Source of the DNA: Octopus sinensis
Lineage: Eukaryota
Assembly (NCBI RefSeq): GCF_006345805.1
Contig: NC_043013.1
Span: forward strand, 51,212,001-51,276,000
Direction of reading: 5' to 3'
Length of the DNA stretch: 64,000 nucleotides
Shown here in pieces: positions 1 to 14,540 of the stretch. The translations under genes and the position numbers were made by a program. Each line of letters starts with the position of its first letter. Position 1 is the first letter of the stretch. A model generated the notes under the pieces. The model searched no databases and was not told the origin of the DNA. It was given only the letters and a program-made list of their open reading frames with translations.

Positions 1-810
1 AAGACAGGAGGGATGTAAGCAGAAAATTGAGAAAAGAGGAAAGTGTGTAGTGTAGAAATAAAGATAAAAATTCAAAATGATAAGTCGAGGAGAGGATTTT
101 AGAGTATAATGAACGTACAAATACATATATATACACACACACATTCATAATGCATATATGTAAATACGTGTGTTCGTGTGTGTGTGTTCGTGTGTGTGAG
201 AGAGAGAGTTCGTGTACATGTCGTCTTGTGAACATCCTAGTAGAAAGGTAAAAGGAAATCAAGAAAGAGATAGGGAAAAGAGGAATGACAGAAAGAACGA
301 GATATTGAAAGTGAAAGTAGAGTTCAATATGGCTGACATTGTTTTTACGTTACTGTCATTCTCTCTGTTTAGAAAACAACAGGAAATGAAAACACATTAG
401 CTTATACAGTAATGCTAGCTTTGAAAGCAATTATATGATATTCAGCGGAAGTCAGTTCGCCAAACAAGGATTACTAATGAGTGCACACATATATTTCAGT
501 TAAACCTCTTCGTGTTTTGCTGATGCTCTTAGGACGAGAGAACCTCCATTTTTTCGCCTTCCTCTTTGCCTTCTTTTCTTTGTGCTACATTTTACATTCA
601 TAGACGTATTTCAGATCAAGTGAGTTATCCATAATTCTTTAATGAGCTAATAATAAGGAATTCTATTGCACTTTCTTATTCGTTTCCAATGATTCTCTCA
701 CTTGCCAAGAATATATATTTGTGCATGAGCGTTTGTCTGCATACATGTATAAATGCACACGCACACACAGACACGAACGCACGTGCACACACACACCACA
801 CACACACGTG

Positions 811-842
<32 letters not shown>

Positions 843-1109
843 ATATATATATATTTATAACTATGTGTGTGTGTGCGTGTGAATGATAGTCTATAAGCTG
901 TGCAAATGCCAGGTTTTGTGGCTGTGTGTATACATATGCGTATCTGCCTGTCTCTCTATATGACAATATCGAAGTGTATAAGAAAGTGCAAATGAAAATC
1001 TCTCTTTATCTTTCTGTGTGTGTATTTATGTATACTCATACACAACCACACACAATACACACAACACACACAACAGACACACGCACATATGCACAGACAT
1101 TTACATACT

Positions 1110-1144
<35 letters not shown>

Positions 1145-1146
<2 letters not shown>

Positions 1147-1550
1147 CTGTGTGGGAAGAAGCTTGCTTCCCAATCCAATGGTTCCGGGTTCAGTCCCACT
1201 GCGTGGCACCTTGGGCAAGTGTCTTCTACTATAGCTTCGGGCAGACCAAAGCCTTGTGAGTGGATTTGGTAGACGGAAACTGAAAGAAGTCCGTCGTATA
1301 TTTTTATATATATATATATATATATGTATGTATATGTTTGTGTGTCTGTGTTTGTTCCCCCGACATCACTTGACAACCGATGGTGGTGTGTTTACGTCCC
1401 CGTCACTTAGCGGTTCGGCAAGACGGATCGACAGAATAAGTACTAGGCTTAGAAAGAATAAGTTCTGGGGTAGATTTGCTTGACTAAAGGCGGTGCTCCA
1501 ACATGACTACAGTCAAATGACTGGAACAAATAAAAGAAAAAGAAAGAAAA
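1145..1550 (+). mobile_element. SINE family A, full length (tRNA-like head, internal microsatellite, tail)
   Basis: Head GCTGTGTGG..AAG..GGTTCCGGGTTCAGTCCCACTGCGTGGCACCTTGGGCAAGTGTCTT; internal (TA)n(TG)n; tail ...TAAAGGCGGTGCTCCA..CAGTCAAATGACTG; matches 17 other copies here. Confidence 0.9.
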
Positions 1551-1721
1551 ACGACATCGACCAAATTTGATTCGAATGTCTCCAAGAAATACTATGTGTT
1601 CGCCACATCAGTTACAGCTGAGAGTAAATCCAAAGTGTGAGAGTTGAATAAGGCCATGAGAGTTTCAGAAATTCCAAGGGTCTTTCTGACACAGGGTCCT
1701 CACAATATAGTTATATTGCTT

Positions 1722-1930
1722 AAGGCGGCGACCTGGCAGAAAAAGTTGGCACGCCAGGTGAATGCTTAGCGGTATTTCGTCTGACTTTACGTTCTGAGTT
1801 CAAATTCCACCGAGGTCGACTTTGCCTTTCATCCTTTCGAGATCGATAAAGTACCAGTTGTGTGCTGGGATCGATCTAATCGACTGAACCCCTCCCCAAA
1901 ATATCAGGCCTTGTGCTTACAGCAGAAAAG
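1722..1930 (+). mobile_element. SINE family C
   Basis: GGCGGCGACCTGGCAGA...GTTCTGAGTTCAAATTCCACCGAGGTCGACTTTGCCTTTCATCC, shared with many copies. Confidence 0.85.
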
Positions 1931-2288
1931 AATATGGCCATATTGTAAGTGTGATTGGACAATAATTGACAAGTGATGTGCGGTCGTTCATTTTGAACAG
2001 AGGTATAACATTAGAAGTTTCCTAAGCAATCTTCTAGCGGGTGGATGGCAGATTTATCGAAGTTGTGAAAGCTCTTCAAGCATTCGACTTATCAAAAAAT
2101 GGTTTCGGTGTCTTAAAGTATATTTTATCTTGTTGAAAGCAGAAACCGAATTGTATGTGCCGGCGGTTTATAACAGGTCAAAATGTTAATTGGTTTGGAG
2201 CGTACAGCGTTTTCATAGTTCTGACATAATATTATCGAGTAACACATAACCAGTTGCAGAAATTCATATACACGCATAAACAGGCACA

Positions 2289-2299
<11 letters not shown>

Positions 2300-2321
<22 letters not shown>

Positions 2322-2820
2322 GTTTATTTTGTCTGTCTGTCTATTTATCTGTATACACATATACATATATATACTCATATATATGTATGTTTGTATGTAT
2401 ATATATATATTTATATACCTGTATATATGTATGTATATGTATATATCTACATATATATAGGAAAAGACTTTTTGATGTGGCAATCAGACTCCCTCTGGAC
2501 ACCAATGTGGTTAGAAAAGAGAGAAAGAGGACATTGATAAGGAATTTGCATCATCATGCCTATTATTATTGGAGCTACACAATACATACTAGCCAGCTTA
2601 TGTATGTATGTATGTATGTATGTATGTATCTGTCTGTCTGTCTATCAGTCTGCCTATCTGTCAATCTACCTGTCTGTCTGTCTACCTGTCTGTCTGTCTC
2701 TCAGTCTGCCTGCCTATCAATCTGCCTGTCTATCAATCTGCCTGTCTGTCAAACTATTTCTCTCTCTCTCTCATCTTCGCATAAATATATATATGTGTGT
2801 GTGTGTGTGTGTGTTTATAT
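2300..2820. repeat. Compound (TATC)n/(TA)n/(TATG)n/(TCTG)n microsatellites
   Basis: Direct reading. Confidence 0.9.
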
Positions 2821-3044
2821 ATGTTTATAATTTTCTTACGAAGCACATAGATAGCGTACAAGTGTTCAAGTCGAACCTGAAGCGTTAGATTAAGTATAGA
2901 GGATAGAATGGAAAAAGATCAAATCAGGCAGACTACGATTAACACATAGATATACGGGTTTAGTTAAGACAAAATAAGGATTGTCCAAACTGTCAATATA
3001 TTATATAACAATATATGAATACTAAAAATACATATAGGTATATT

Positions 3045-3418
3045 GAGGCGCAATGGCCCAGTGGTTAGGGCAGCAAACTCGCGGTCGTAGAATCGTGCTC
3101 TCGATTCCCAGACCGGGTGTTGTGAGTGTTTATTGAGCGAAAAGACTTAAATATCCACGCGGCTCCGGCAGGCGGTGGTGGCGAACCCTACTGTAATCTT
3201 CCACCGCAACTTTCTCTCACTTTCTTCCTGTTTCTGTTGCACCTGTATTTCAAAGGGCCAGCCTTGTCACCCTCTGTGTCACGCTGAATATCCCCGAGAA
3301 CTATGTTAAGGGTCACGTGTCTGTAGAGTACTCAGCCACTTGCACGTTAATTTCACGAGCAGGCTGTTCTGTTGATCGGATTAACTGGAACCTTCGTTGT
3401 CGTAACCAAGGAATGCCA
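3045..3418 (+). mobile_element. SINE family B, full length
   Basis: A-box TGGCCCAGTGG, B-box-like TCGATTCCC; body and tail match 21770-22148 and 39170-39545. Confidence 0.9.
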
Positions 3419-3474
<56 letters not shown>

Positions 3475-4239
3475 ATCCATCCATTAATATGCACATACGT
3501 AGGTGATTAGATACTGAATTGCATACATATATACATAGATCTATGCCTAAATGAATGTATAGATTGGCTTCTATTAACGGAAATTTAAAATTAAAAACAA
3601 AAATATGAACAACAATGCATATATAAATACACACAGGGATGTATAATGTTTATACAGATAATTACAAAAACTTGCATTAATACAAAATCAATTCGTCAAC
3701 ATCAATAACTTATCATTATAAGAGGAATAAATTAGCAATAAAACAAGAATTCTGTAGCGAATCCATCTCCAAGACAATTGTAAATATATTGTTATGTAAC
3801 GTTGGATTGAGGAATATTCTAATAATATGAAGCTATAACGAATATTTTATTTTGAAGAGAAACCCAGAGGGACATTTAACTCTTTGTTCACAATAGAGTC
3901 ACTGGAGAATTATATAAAGATATTTATATTGTCTTTGTATGGTGTATATCAGCAACGTGGAAGCATCACTTATTTACAGAGATATATGCACACGCTATAA
4001 CACACACACAGGCCGACGCATACACACACATATATATATGATTATTATTACATGTCAGTATTTACATCAAAACCACAGAGAAGTGCTCAATATCCATATG
4101 TATGAAATTTATAAACTCTTAAAACTGGATTGTTGTAAAAAGAATCATTCTATAATGCCTAAGTGTTTCGTGCAATCAATTTTAAGCACTCATCATTGGG
4201 GTAAAAAAAGTTTTTAGTATAACCCCGATGTCTGAAACT

Positions 4240-4395
4240 TGTGAAAGGCGGGAATTAGCTGATACTTTCGACCCCTATAATTTATGAGATCGATGCTAAA
4301 AATATGAAAGGCAAAGCTGACTTCAGCTGAATTTGAACGCAACAATTAAGGAGCGGGAAATAAATCCGAAGATATTTTTTCTGACGCTCTAACGA
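4240..4395 (-). mobile_element. SINE family C, degraded
   Basis: Diverged match (GAAAGGCAAAGCTGACTTCAGCTGAATTTGAAC). Confidence 0.55.
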
Positions 4396-4799
4396 ATAAG
4401 CGAAAAGGATCGGAGATTTTAAAATCGTAAAACCCTTTGATTTTGATCTATAGGTTGGTTCCTTTTTGATAAGAATTAAGAAAATTGTCTATCTTGAAAT
4501 TTATTTAGTGATGTCTTTGCCTGAAGTTTTTAAAGTGGAAAAACAAAACAAAACAATACATTACACTGAGGTTTGCTATTGACGGTGCCGGCAAGTTGAG
4601 ACAAGTTCGGGCTTTTATTTGAGATTAGGTCCATATTGGAGGATAATGTACTTCTTAGTGAAATAGAAGACTTCAAACGTAGAACATCATCTTATGCACA
4701 GTGGTGCCTTGTATATAACTGCCAAAGTAAACATCACATGGGTAACAATATTTGTCAGTGTGTTTATATGGGTGAGTACGTGTTAATTATTCCAAGCAA

Positions 4800-4857
<58 letters not shown>

Positions 4858-4859
4858 TG

Positions 4860-5067
4860 GGAGATGCAGCACGAAGCTTTGTCAGTGAACAGGTCGCGGT
4901 CTCAAAGCAACGAAAATATTTTAACAAATTTAATTTAAATGTTGAAGTGAATCTAACGGCTTTGTGTGTTTCTTAAATGGCTTATAAACACCTTCCATGC
5001 TGCAATTGTTTTCATTCCAGCACACGATCTCAGCTCAAGTCACTGGATATGCAAGTACATCTCTGTT
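4860..5067 (+). mobile_element. PLE-type terminal fragment (HHR plus about 140-nt tail) between (TA)n tracts
   Basis: HHR fold at 4879-4927, then tail ending at (TA)n; tail end also seen reversed near 63125-63165. Confidence 0.6.
4879..4927 (+). ncRNA. Type-I hammerhead ribozyme-like motif with G3:C8 core
   Basis: TTGTCA-GTGAACA-G-GTCGC-GGTCTCAAA-GCAAC-GAAA-ATATT-T-TAACAA; helices I and II each have one C-A mismatch; palindromic helix III AATATT. Confidence 0.55.
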
Positions 5068-5182
5068 ATATATATATATATTATATATATATACGTTAAC
5101 GTCGAACGACGAGAGTGAGTGCATAAGACCACATTGGGGATGAAATTTCTTTATTTGTGTATTAAAGCTATCATTGGTTTCA

Positions 5183-5423
5183 TGTCCTTGGGGAGATTCA
5201 GCGTGACAGAGTGTGTGACAAGGCTGGTCCTTTGAAAATACAGGTACAACAGAAACAGGAAGAAAGAGTGAGAGAAACAGTACAGCAGGGTTCGTCACCC
5301 TCTCTGCCGGAGCCTCGGGGGAGCTTTAGGTGTTTTCGCCCAATAAACACTCACAATGGGAATCGAAACCGGGATCCCACTAACGCGATTACGCTGCCCT
5401 AACCACTGAGCCATTGCACCTCC
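5183..5423 (-). mobile_element. SINE family B, partial
   Basis: Reverse complement of family B head and body. Confidence 0.85.
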
Positions 5424-6156
5424 ACACACATATATACACACATACATATATATATATATATATACATATATATAAATATACACATATACATACAAATAAA
5501 TATATATATGTACACATGCATACATATAAATATATATATATATATACACATACATACATATAAATATATATATATATATACACATACATACATATAAATA
5601 TATATATAATATATACACATACATACATATAAATATATAAATATAAACATATATACATAAATATATATATATGTACACATACATACATGTAGAAATAAAA
5701 ATATATACATACATTTGTGTGTGTGTGTGTGTGTGGACGCTAGATAGATGGACGTTCATATAACACAGAGAAAACTAAATATACATGGATATATAGAAAT
5801 CGTGATATACAAATTGTTGAAGACAATTCTACACCCTACAGTCACGCATACACAAACATACTCATGTTTACAGACACACGCGAAACACAGCTACAGACAT
5901 AGAAGAATAGAGAAAAGACAATTCCATAAAATATATAATATACAAATATATATATATATGTATATGTATGTGTGTGTATGTATGTATATATGAAGAAATG
6001 GCGTTATCTCTGTATTTGCCATCTGTCTGACTCATCCTAAACTTTGTCTTATGTTTCATTATTTCTGTTGTATTTGTTTCTTTCTAATCTGATTGTCTGA
6101 CTGTCTTCCTGCCTGTGTGTGTTTGCATTTCTATACTAGAATATACAAACATATAT

Positions 6157-6792
<636 letters not shown>

Positions 6793-6801
6793 TAATATAT
6801 A

Positions 6802-6900
<99 letters not shown>

Positions 6901-7327
6901 TAGATAGAGGTATGAATGTATATGTATTTCTATCTTTGTATGTCTCTCTATCCATATAAATATACATACATGTGTATGTGTATTAGAGATTGGTATAGAT
7001 ACACACACCTATACAGGAACTATCTCTGACGGTTGTACTCAATACATACCGCATAAGCGAATATAGAGCCTTCAGATACCTTGAAGTTCGTAATACAACT
7101 GATTAGAGAAATGTTTTATTATGAAACTATAAATCCAGCGGTGCATTTAGATATGTATATGCATGTATTACGTGAGTATGCATATATGCATACATATGTG
7201 CGTGTCTGTCTGTGTGTTTCTACGCATATAGGAATGCGTAAACTTCTCTGTGTAAACTTAAATTCAAAAACGAAAATTAGTGTGAAATTGGTGTTTCATA
7301 CTTAGCAACTTACTCACTTTTATATAT

Positions 7328-7684
<357 letters not shown>

Positions 7685-8738
7685 AACACACATATATATA
7701 TACATACATACCTATATATATATATATGTGTGTGTGAACACATATATATACATATATATATATATATGTGTGTGTGAACACTTATATATATATATATATG
7801 TACATACATATAAAAATGCATGTGCTTCGCTATGTAAACTTAAATTCACAAACGAAAATCAGTGTGAAATTGGCCTTTCATACTTAGCAACTTACTTTTT
7901 TATGACAGTAAAAATTACTCGAAAAGTATTCCTTTGACATAGAATTAGCATCTGAAGCCTGAAAATAATATTCTGTCTCTATCACTCTTTCAAAAGGAAG
8001 TCTCTTTTGAAGATACCGCATTTTCTTTCGCTTGTTTCTTCATTCTTCCTATGTTTTAATATTACACCACTAATTGCCAAAACAAAATCAAGTCAGCAAG
8101 TGCACATCGCTGCACAATTTTTCTCCCTTCATGCCAGAAAAAACTCCAAGACTTTTATTTATTCTTGTAAACTTAACGTCTACCTCTAAAGATTATTATT
8201 ATTTTTATTCTTTTCATAACCAACCATTTATTTGGCTTCTCGCGTTTAATGTAAATCTTGTCACAGTTCCGTCAAACAGAAGCCTCACAAGTACGTCGCG
8301 TCTCTTGGAGAATATTTCACAGCTGTTCATGATTATTAATAGGTTTGCTTTATGAGGTGTAACACCAGTTGACTCAGGGAAGGACTTATGGGAATAATTC
8401 GCACCAGACATAATTCTGACGACTATTTTAATCCTGTTGACTAGAATAGATAACTTAGGTTTTGTTCTTTAATGACTCAATCTATGTCTAACTTGATAGC
8501 ACTATCTGGGGGAAGTCTTAAGTTATGTTCTAGGACATTATAACCTGAGTAAAAAAAAAAATCTTTACTTCAAAATAGATAAGAGTTGGCGTCTAGAAGA
8601 ATCTCTGGTCATAAAAAAAATAGACTCAACAAATTCCATCTGGCCTTTGCAATCCTAAATACCTCGTCTTAATCTACGTTAACTCAGAAAAACTGATGTT
8701 AAACGAGCAAAGAAATATCTATCTACCTACCTAATTGC

Positions 8739-8739
<1 letters not shown>

Positions 8740-8831
<92 letters not shown>

Positions 8832-8860
8832 CATCCATCCATCCATCCATCCATCCATCC
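8740..8860. repeat. (TATC)n(TCCA)n microsatellite
   Basis: Direct reading. Confidence 0.95.
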
Positions 8861-10374
8861 ACAACTATGTCAGTGGTTTGTCTGGTATTTCTTTGAGGAA
8901 TTTCTCCAGGTACAGTTGGAATGTTATGGGTTTTTCTTTTTCCTTGATTTCGCTCGAGATGATGTTGGATAGATCAGGACCAAGCAAGGTAAAAAAAAAT
9001 ATAACTAGATGTTGTTATGTGATATGAGCTAGATTTTTGTGTAGAGGGCGTTGGACCATATATCTAAGCACTAACTGATCTGTAAGCTTGTTTCCGGCGT
9101 GACTTCGACAGTATCGATCGGATATTTTCTACATTGTACAAATAATATAACACTTCGTGCCAGCGTGGGAGAAAATATGTCTAACTTTTTGAGGCGATGC
9201 CAGAAGTTGAGTTGGATCAAGCCGTTTATAACTTAAATTTTTGACATAAAAAAAAATACCACAGACGGTGATGAAAATATTTTAATCGAAATTCATTCTT
9301 TTAATGTCATCTTTCTCTTTAAAAAAAAAACTGTTCTTAGGTCAATTTAAAAGAAATCACAAACCATAATGACGTAGCGAGCATAGAAATGTAAGATATC
9401 GACTTTCTAGATCGTGCAGAAATGGTATGGTTTCAATTGCCGCTAATCATTGTTTTTCTTCAGTTTACAATAGGAAAACGCTTGGTAAATTCTCATTTGG
9501 TGACGGCTAGTGGCAACGTGAACGATGGGAAAAAGTGTTTTTGTACAAACATATATACATGCACACTTACACACACACACACGCACGCACGCACACACAC
9601 ACGCATACATACGTGCGTACATATATACACGTATATGTGTGAAAAAGATTTTCTCAAATTAAAAATGATTGATTACATAAAAATGTTCTCTTTTAAAACA
9701 GATTAACACAAATATGATACAAGAAATATTTTTGTGGAAGTGCCTTTCGCTCTTTTCAGCTTCTCAAACGCACTTGTTGTAAGGTAATCAGCACATACAC
9801 TAGCGCGAGCACACAACCACATACATATACACATGCTGACACACATTTATTTATGATGGCAGATATCTGGTGCCTTCGTATGTATATGATAATATCTGAT
9901 ACTGTACTTGAATTTACAGTAAACAGATTCATGATACAAGTTATACAATACAAATCGCTGTTGCCAAAGCGAACCGGTCGACTGTGTCACCGTCACTGAC
10001 TTTCAAACTTCCTGGTTTACCAAAGTACTTTAGTCAAATAAGCCAATTATCTGGTTATATAAAATCTAATGCGAAATCTGTTAAAAAGAATGATGAAATG
10101 CGATAAAATGCCGACTCCAATGACACTTCTACCGATACAGACAGCGCTCAGTATTATCTGGCTAATTCGAAGTTGAGCGTCTTCATTATCGATTTAATAT
10201 TCTGTCTGGAGTGTGATTGTCTAGGGTCACGAGTGCAGATTAGTGATTTCTGAGGTCATCACAGCAATCAACGTAATCGATTATAGACTTACTAACTTTA
10301 GGGATGTTTTGTCTCCACATCAATTTGCACGTGTTTATATATAGAGTGAGAGAGAGAGAGAGAAAGATATATAG

Positions 10375-10543
10375 ATTAGATAGATACATACATAAATAAA
10401 TAAACATATAGATAGTTAGACAGAGACAGACAGACAGATAAATAGACAGACAGACAGATAGACAGATAAATAGACAGACAGTAAGATAAAGAGATAGACA
10501 GACAAATAGATAAAAAGACAGACAGACAGATAGATAAAAAGAC

Positions 10544-10614
<71 letters not shown>

Positions 10615-10680
10615 AAGACAGACAGACAGATGGACAGATAGATAAAAAGACAGACAGATAGATAGATAGGTAGATATATA
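10375..10680. repeat. (GATA)n/(GACA)n compound microsatellite
   Basis: Direct reading. Confidence 0.95.
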
Positions 10681-11993
10681 GGAGCGGTGAGGATCATCTA
10701 GTCATCCTGAACTTTGATGACCTGTGTGGTAACTTTGCTTAAAGTGAAGAATAACACACACTCAACTCTCTCGTCCATGACCATCTTCAATCCAGTGACA
10801 GAACCAAATCAAATCTACCAGGGATGAAGACGGATGCAGAGCATGACCAAGATGTCTTACTTGCCGCATCTTGCTCTCTGCATTCTACAATGAGTTGCTG
10901 CAAACGTCTTCTTCACCGTTGCACTATGAAGATTTATTCTTCAGAGTCTGCTAGATCCAGTCTTCACATTCACACAGGCAATTAACAAGGGCTAATTAAC
11001 CCAGAACTGGAACCGTGGCAGGTGTTAGTACTCTGGGTCAGAAAACACCTGAAAACAATTGTGGTTAAGTGGTGGTTCCGTCCTCCTCAAAACTGTGAAA
11101 CTCCCCAACAAGAGTTTGATAACCGGATATAGTTTAACCTTCTATCCACGACATACATGCATACATACACACACACACATATGATTCTCTTTACACCATT
11201 GATAAAGAGTGTTCAAATCCAATACCCAAGGTACACATTTAGCATAATACCTCTTGGTGGAGCAACAGGTTACATACTAACCCGGCTGAAGCAAGCAATG
11301 GGATCTTGAGGACGGAATGCAATCTGCAAGACTCTCTTAAGATTTAAAGGGTAATTGTTAAAACAACGTGGTTAAAACTACCTGGCTACTAAGTTGGTAA
11401 AGTAAGTCAAAATATATTATAAAGTAAGCAGGGATAGAGAACCCCCATACGTGAATATTTCTGGTGGCGAAATCTTGATATTTCAGTATGTTTCAGTTAC
11501 TTTGCCATTCCAGCCAAGATACCTAACCAACAGTGGAAGACTTCATGATTATATTAAAATTTATACGGTACATTTCATCCAGAGGCGGACTGCGTGTTGC
11601 CAGGAGACTAAGGGGGCCCCTCACAACTACAGGGAGGTCCACCTGCAACAACAATGCTATCATTTATTATTATTATTTTTTTTTTGTTAAAAGTATTCTT
11701 TTCGACTGTCTACAAACACAACCAGGATGAAATAATGCATTCTTCCAGGAGTAAATAAAAAATTATCAAGCTTGAAGGGACAGGCCCCTTAGATACTAAC
11801 ATGGGCACCCATGTATGGATTCTAATGGCGCAGGGGCACATTTGCCATCGGGAAAGTTGGCAACCTAACCAGTCCGCCACTGATTTCATCCATTCCAGGA
11901 AATAATACGGCATATTCCTTAAATATAAGTAGCTCTAGTATCAACGCCATGGAAAAATCAATTCCAGCTGTGTTATGGACAAAGCAGTATCTA

Positions 11994-12111
11994 CAGTAAT
12001 CCCTCGACTATTGCGGGTGTTACGCTCCAGAATCTCCCCAGATAGGTGAAAATTCGCGAAGTACTATATTGTGTGTGTGTGCGTGTACATACATAATACA
12101 TACATACATAC

Positions 12112-12159
<48 letters not shown>

Positions 12160-12514
12160 AAATAAGGAGCAAAGATATCCAGAGGTAATGCAGTACGATC
12201 GTTTCATGCGACTCCATTTAATTGAACAATGCAAGTATTGTTCAATTAAATGGAGTTGCTTGACAGAATCGTACTGCATTACCTCTGGATATCCTTGCTC
12301 CTTATTTTGATTATAATCACCCCATTTTGAACTATATAGATAATATATAATTCTGGTGCCTTTAACTTAAGTACCATATTCAACTGAATCTAAATTTTTA
12401 CTGAATTTATATAAGAAATATATATATATATATTTAATTATTTTTATAATTTGTATATATATATATATATATATATTATTGTAAATGCAAAACTGATGTG
12501 GCGAGGGACTACTG
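11994..12514 (+). mobile_element. Tigger/pogo-like MITE, family 1
   Basis: TA-CAGTAATCCCTCGACTAT ... GTGGCGAGGGACTACTG-TA; TA duplication at 11992-93 and 12515-16; same family as 45818-46052. Confidence 0.75.
12157..12310. repeat. 154-bp foldback, 74-bp arms, 6-nt loop
   Basis: 12157-12230 vs 12237-12310, 6 mismatches, loop GCAAGT. Confidence 0.95.
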
Positions 12515-12536
12515 TACTTAACTTTTTTATATATAG

Positions 12537-12932
12537 ATTTGTTTCAGTCAAAGAACTGTGGCCATGCTGGGACACTGAAAGATTTTGTCAATCCAGTTGT
12601 CCCGGGAACTTTACTTTTTGAAGCCAGGTACTAACTCTATCGGTTTCTTTCACCGAACTACAAAGACGCAGGGAGGTAAACAAGCCAACACCAGTGATGA
12701 ATCGCTGGGAGAACATATACAAAGAAACTCTTCCACATGCACAGAGACACAGATAGACCCCCACCTAATATATGTCGAGCTTCCGCACAGTTTCCGTTCA
12801 GTAAATTCACTCACGAGTCATTTGATATAATCGGGGACTAACAGAAGACTTTGGCCAAAGGTACCGCGTAGTGGGACTGAACCTAAAACTACGTGGTTAC
12901 AAAGTGAACTTCTTAACCACACAGCTATACCT
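12537..12932 (-). mobile_element. SINE family A, old diverged copy
   Basis: Diverged head (GTAGTGGGACTGAACC) and tail. Confidence 0.7.
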
Positions 12933-13021
12933 ATGCTCACATATTCGTTTTCTGTTGTTTTCTCTTTTTTTTTTTGGTTTTTCTTTATCTTTCCTTAAAG
13001 CTGTGTATACAAGTGTTAGTA

Positions 13022-13537
13022 CAGTGATACCTCGCAGTACGAGTTCAATTCCTTCCATGACCGAGCTCGTCTTAAGATTTACTCGTTTTACAAATCTATT
13101 TCCACCACCATCATCACCGCCACCACCACCACCACCACCACCACCACCACGACAGCAGTAACACACTCCTACCCCTACTTCCACTACTATTCCCTCCTTG
13201 AGACTATCACCGCCGCCATTACTAACCCCACAACAATTTTCACCACGACTAAAATATAATTAATCCGTTGCAGCCCTCGAAAACCCACACAAAAATAATT
13301 TTTTATTGGTTTTAAAGCACAAAGGTGTAGTTACAAGTAAAATGACAATTATAAAAATGAGGATGTAAAAGAAATATGTAAACTGGTTTTATTAACTGAA
13401 TTACCTTAAAGAGGGGACGGTCTGTGTGCTCGTACTGCGGATTTCCGCTCGTACTTCAAGACATAAATTCGTACGGGTCTCGGCTCGTACAGCAAATTAC
13501 TCGTACAATGAGGCACTCGTACCGTGAGGTTCTAGTG
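13022..13537. mobile_element. Tigger/pogo-like MITE, family 2
   Basis: TA-CAGTGATACCTCGCAGTACGAGT ... ACTCGTACCGTGAGGTTCTAGTG-TA; six subterminal (C/T)TCGTAC motifs at 13430-13522. Confidence 0.7.
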
Positions 13538-13746
13538 TATTTTAATTGATTTCAGGAAGTTCTTGTTCGTTTTACCCGATAAGGACCAACAAGTTAGAAT
13601 ACGGTTTAGATTTCTTCCTGATCCTCCTATTTTGGACATCTTGTGAAGGAAATATGCACAGTATTTCTTCCACATGTTGAAAAGGAAACTAAAATGAAAG
13701 CGAAAAAGAAAATTTACGATTTTATCTTTATATGTTTTAGATACTA

Positions 13747-14116
13747 CTAGCAGTATCGCCCGGCGTTGCTCGGGTTTGTAAGGGAAATAACTATAAAGCA
13801 TTTTTAGAGAGTTATAACCAAAAAATGGAAAAAAAATGATGGTAAATTTTTTTTAGTTAAAAAGGTCGAGTTGCGTCCCCTAGACAGTCTGTGGTTTGTG
13901 TTTCTGATTCTCTACCCCATGTCGAATTTATCGATTTTTTTCAGAACTGGGGGAACTTTTCAAAATTTTCGCTGCGTTAGTTTTGAATTATGACATTGGG
14001 CTATGTGTGTGTCAAGTTTCATCAGAATCGGTTAAAAGCTGTGGTCAGGGTGAGGGTACAAGCTAACAGACACACAGAAACACACACAGACAAACTGCCG
14101 TTTATATATAGAGAGA
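13747..14116 (-). mobile_element. Non-autonomous Helitron, 370 bp
   Basis: Minus strand begins TC after host A and ends with hairpin CCCG-AGCAACGC-CGGG, 8 nt, then CTAG before host T; no TSD; canonical Helitron hallmarks. Confidence 0.8.
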
Positions 14117-14399
14117 TTTTCTATTAACATCCAACAAGTGAACATGTTCTTAACAGTGCAAAAGTATATTTTAGCCGTCACTCGCAAGCGAGTGAGGTCT
14201 GTCAGCCCACTTATCATTCTTTCATTGTTTTAGGTGCTTATGTAGTCAGAAGCGGTCTAAACACGCTCTTTTAATTACGGACCTGGTGAAGCATCATGGA
14301 TGTGGCAGCTGGTGAGTGGTGTGGATTGCAGAGCGCGGCACACGTGATGGCATGAATGTGTACGCTGGGGTGAGGAGTAGAGAGCATCACTCATTAGCA

Positions 14400-14540
14400 A
14401 GCATTATTTTTTTACAGATCACATAGGACAAACGTAAAATTATGTCTTGCGTAAGAACACAACGTACCACCCGGTTGCGGAATCGAACGCCTGACCTTAT
14501 AATCGAGAGCCCAACACTCGAACTACTACGCCACGCGACA
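14400..14540 (-). mobile_element. SINE family D, partial
   Basis: Minus: GTGGCGTAGTAG...GTTGGGCTCTCG...GTTCGATTCC...GCAAGAC; tRNA-like A and B boxes. Confidence 0.6.
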
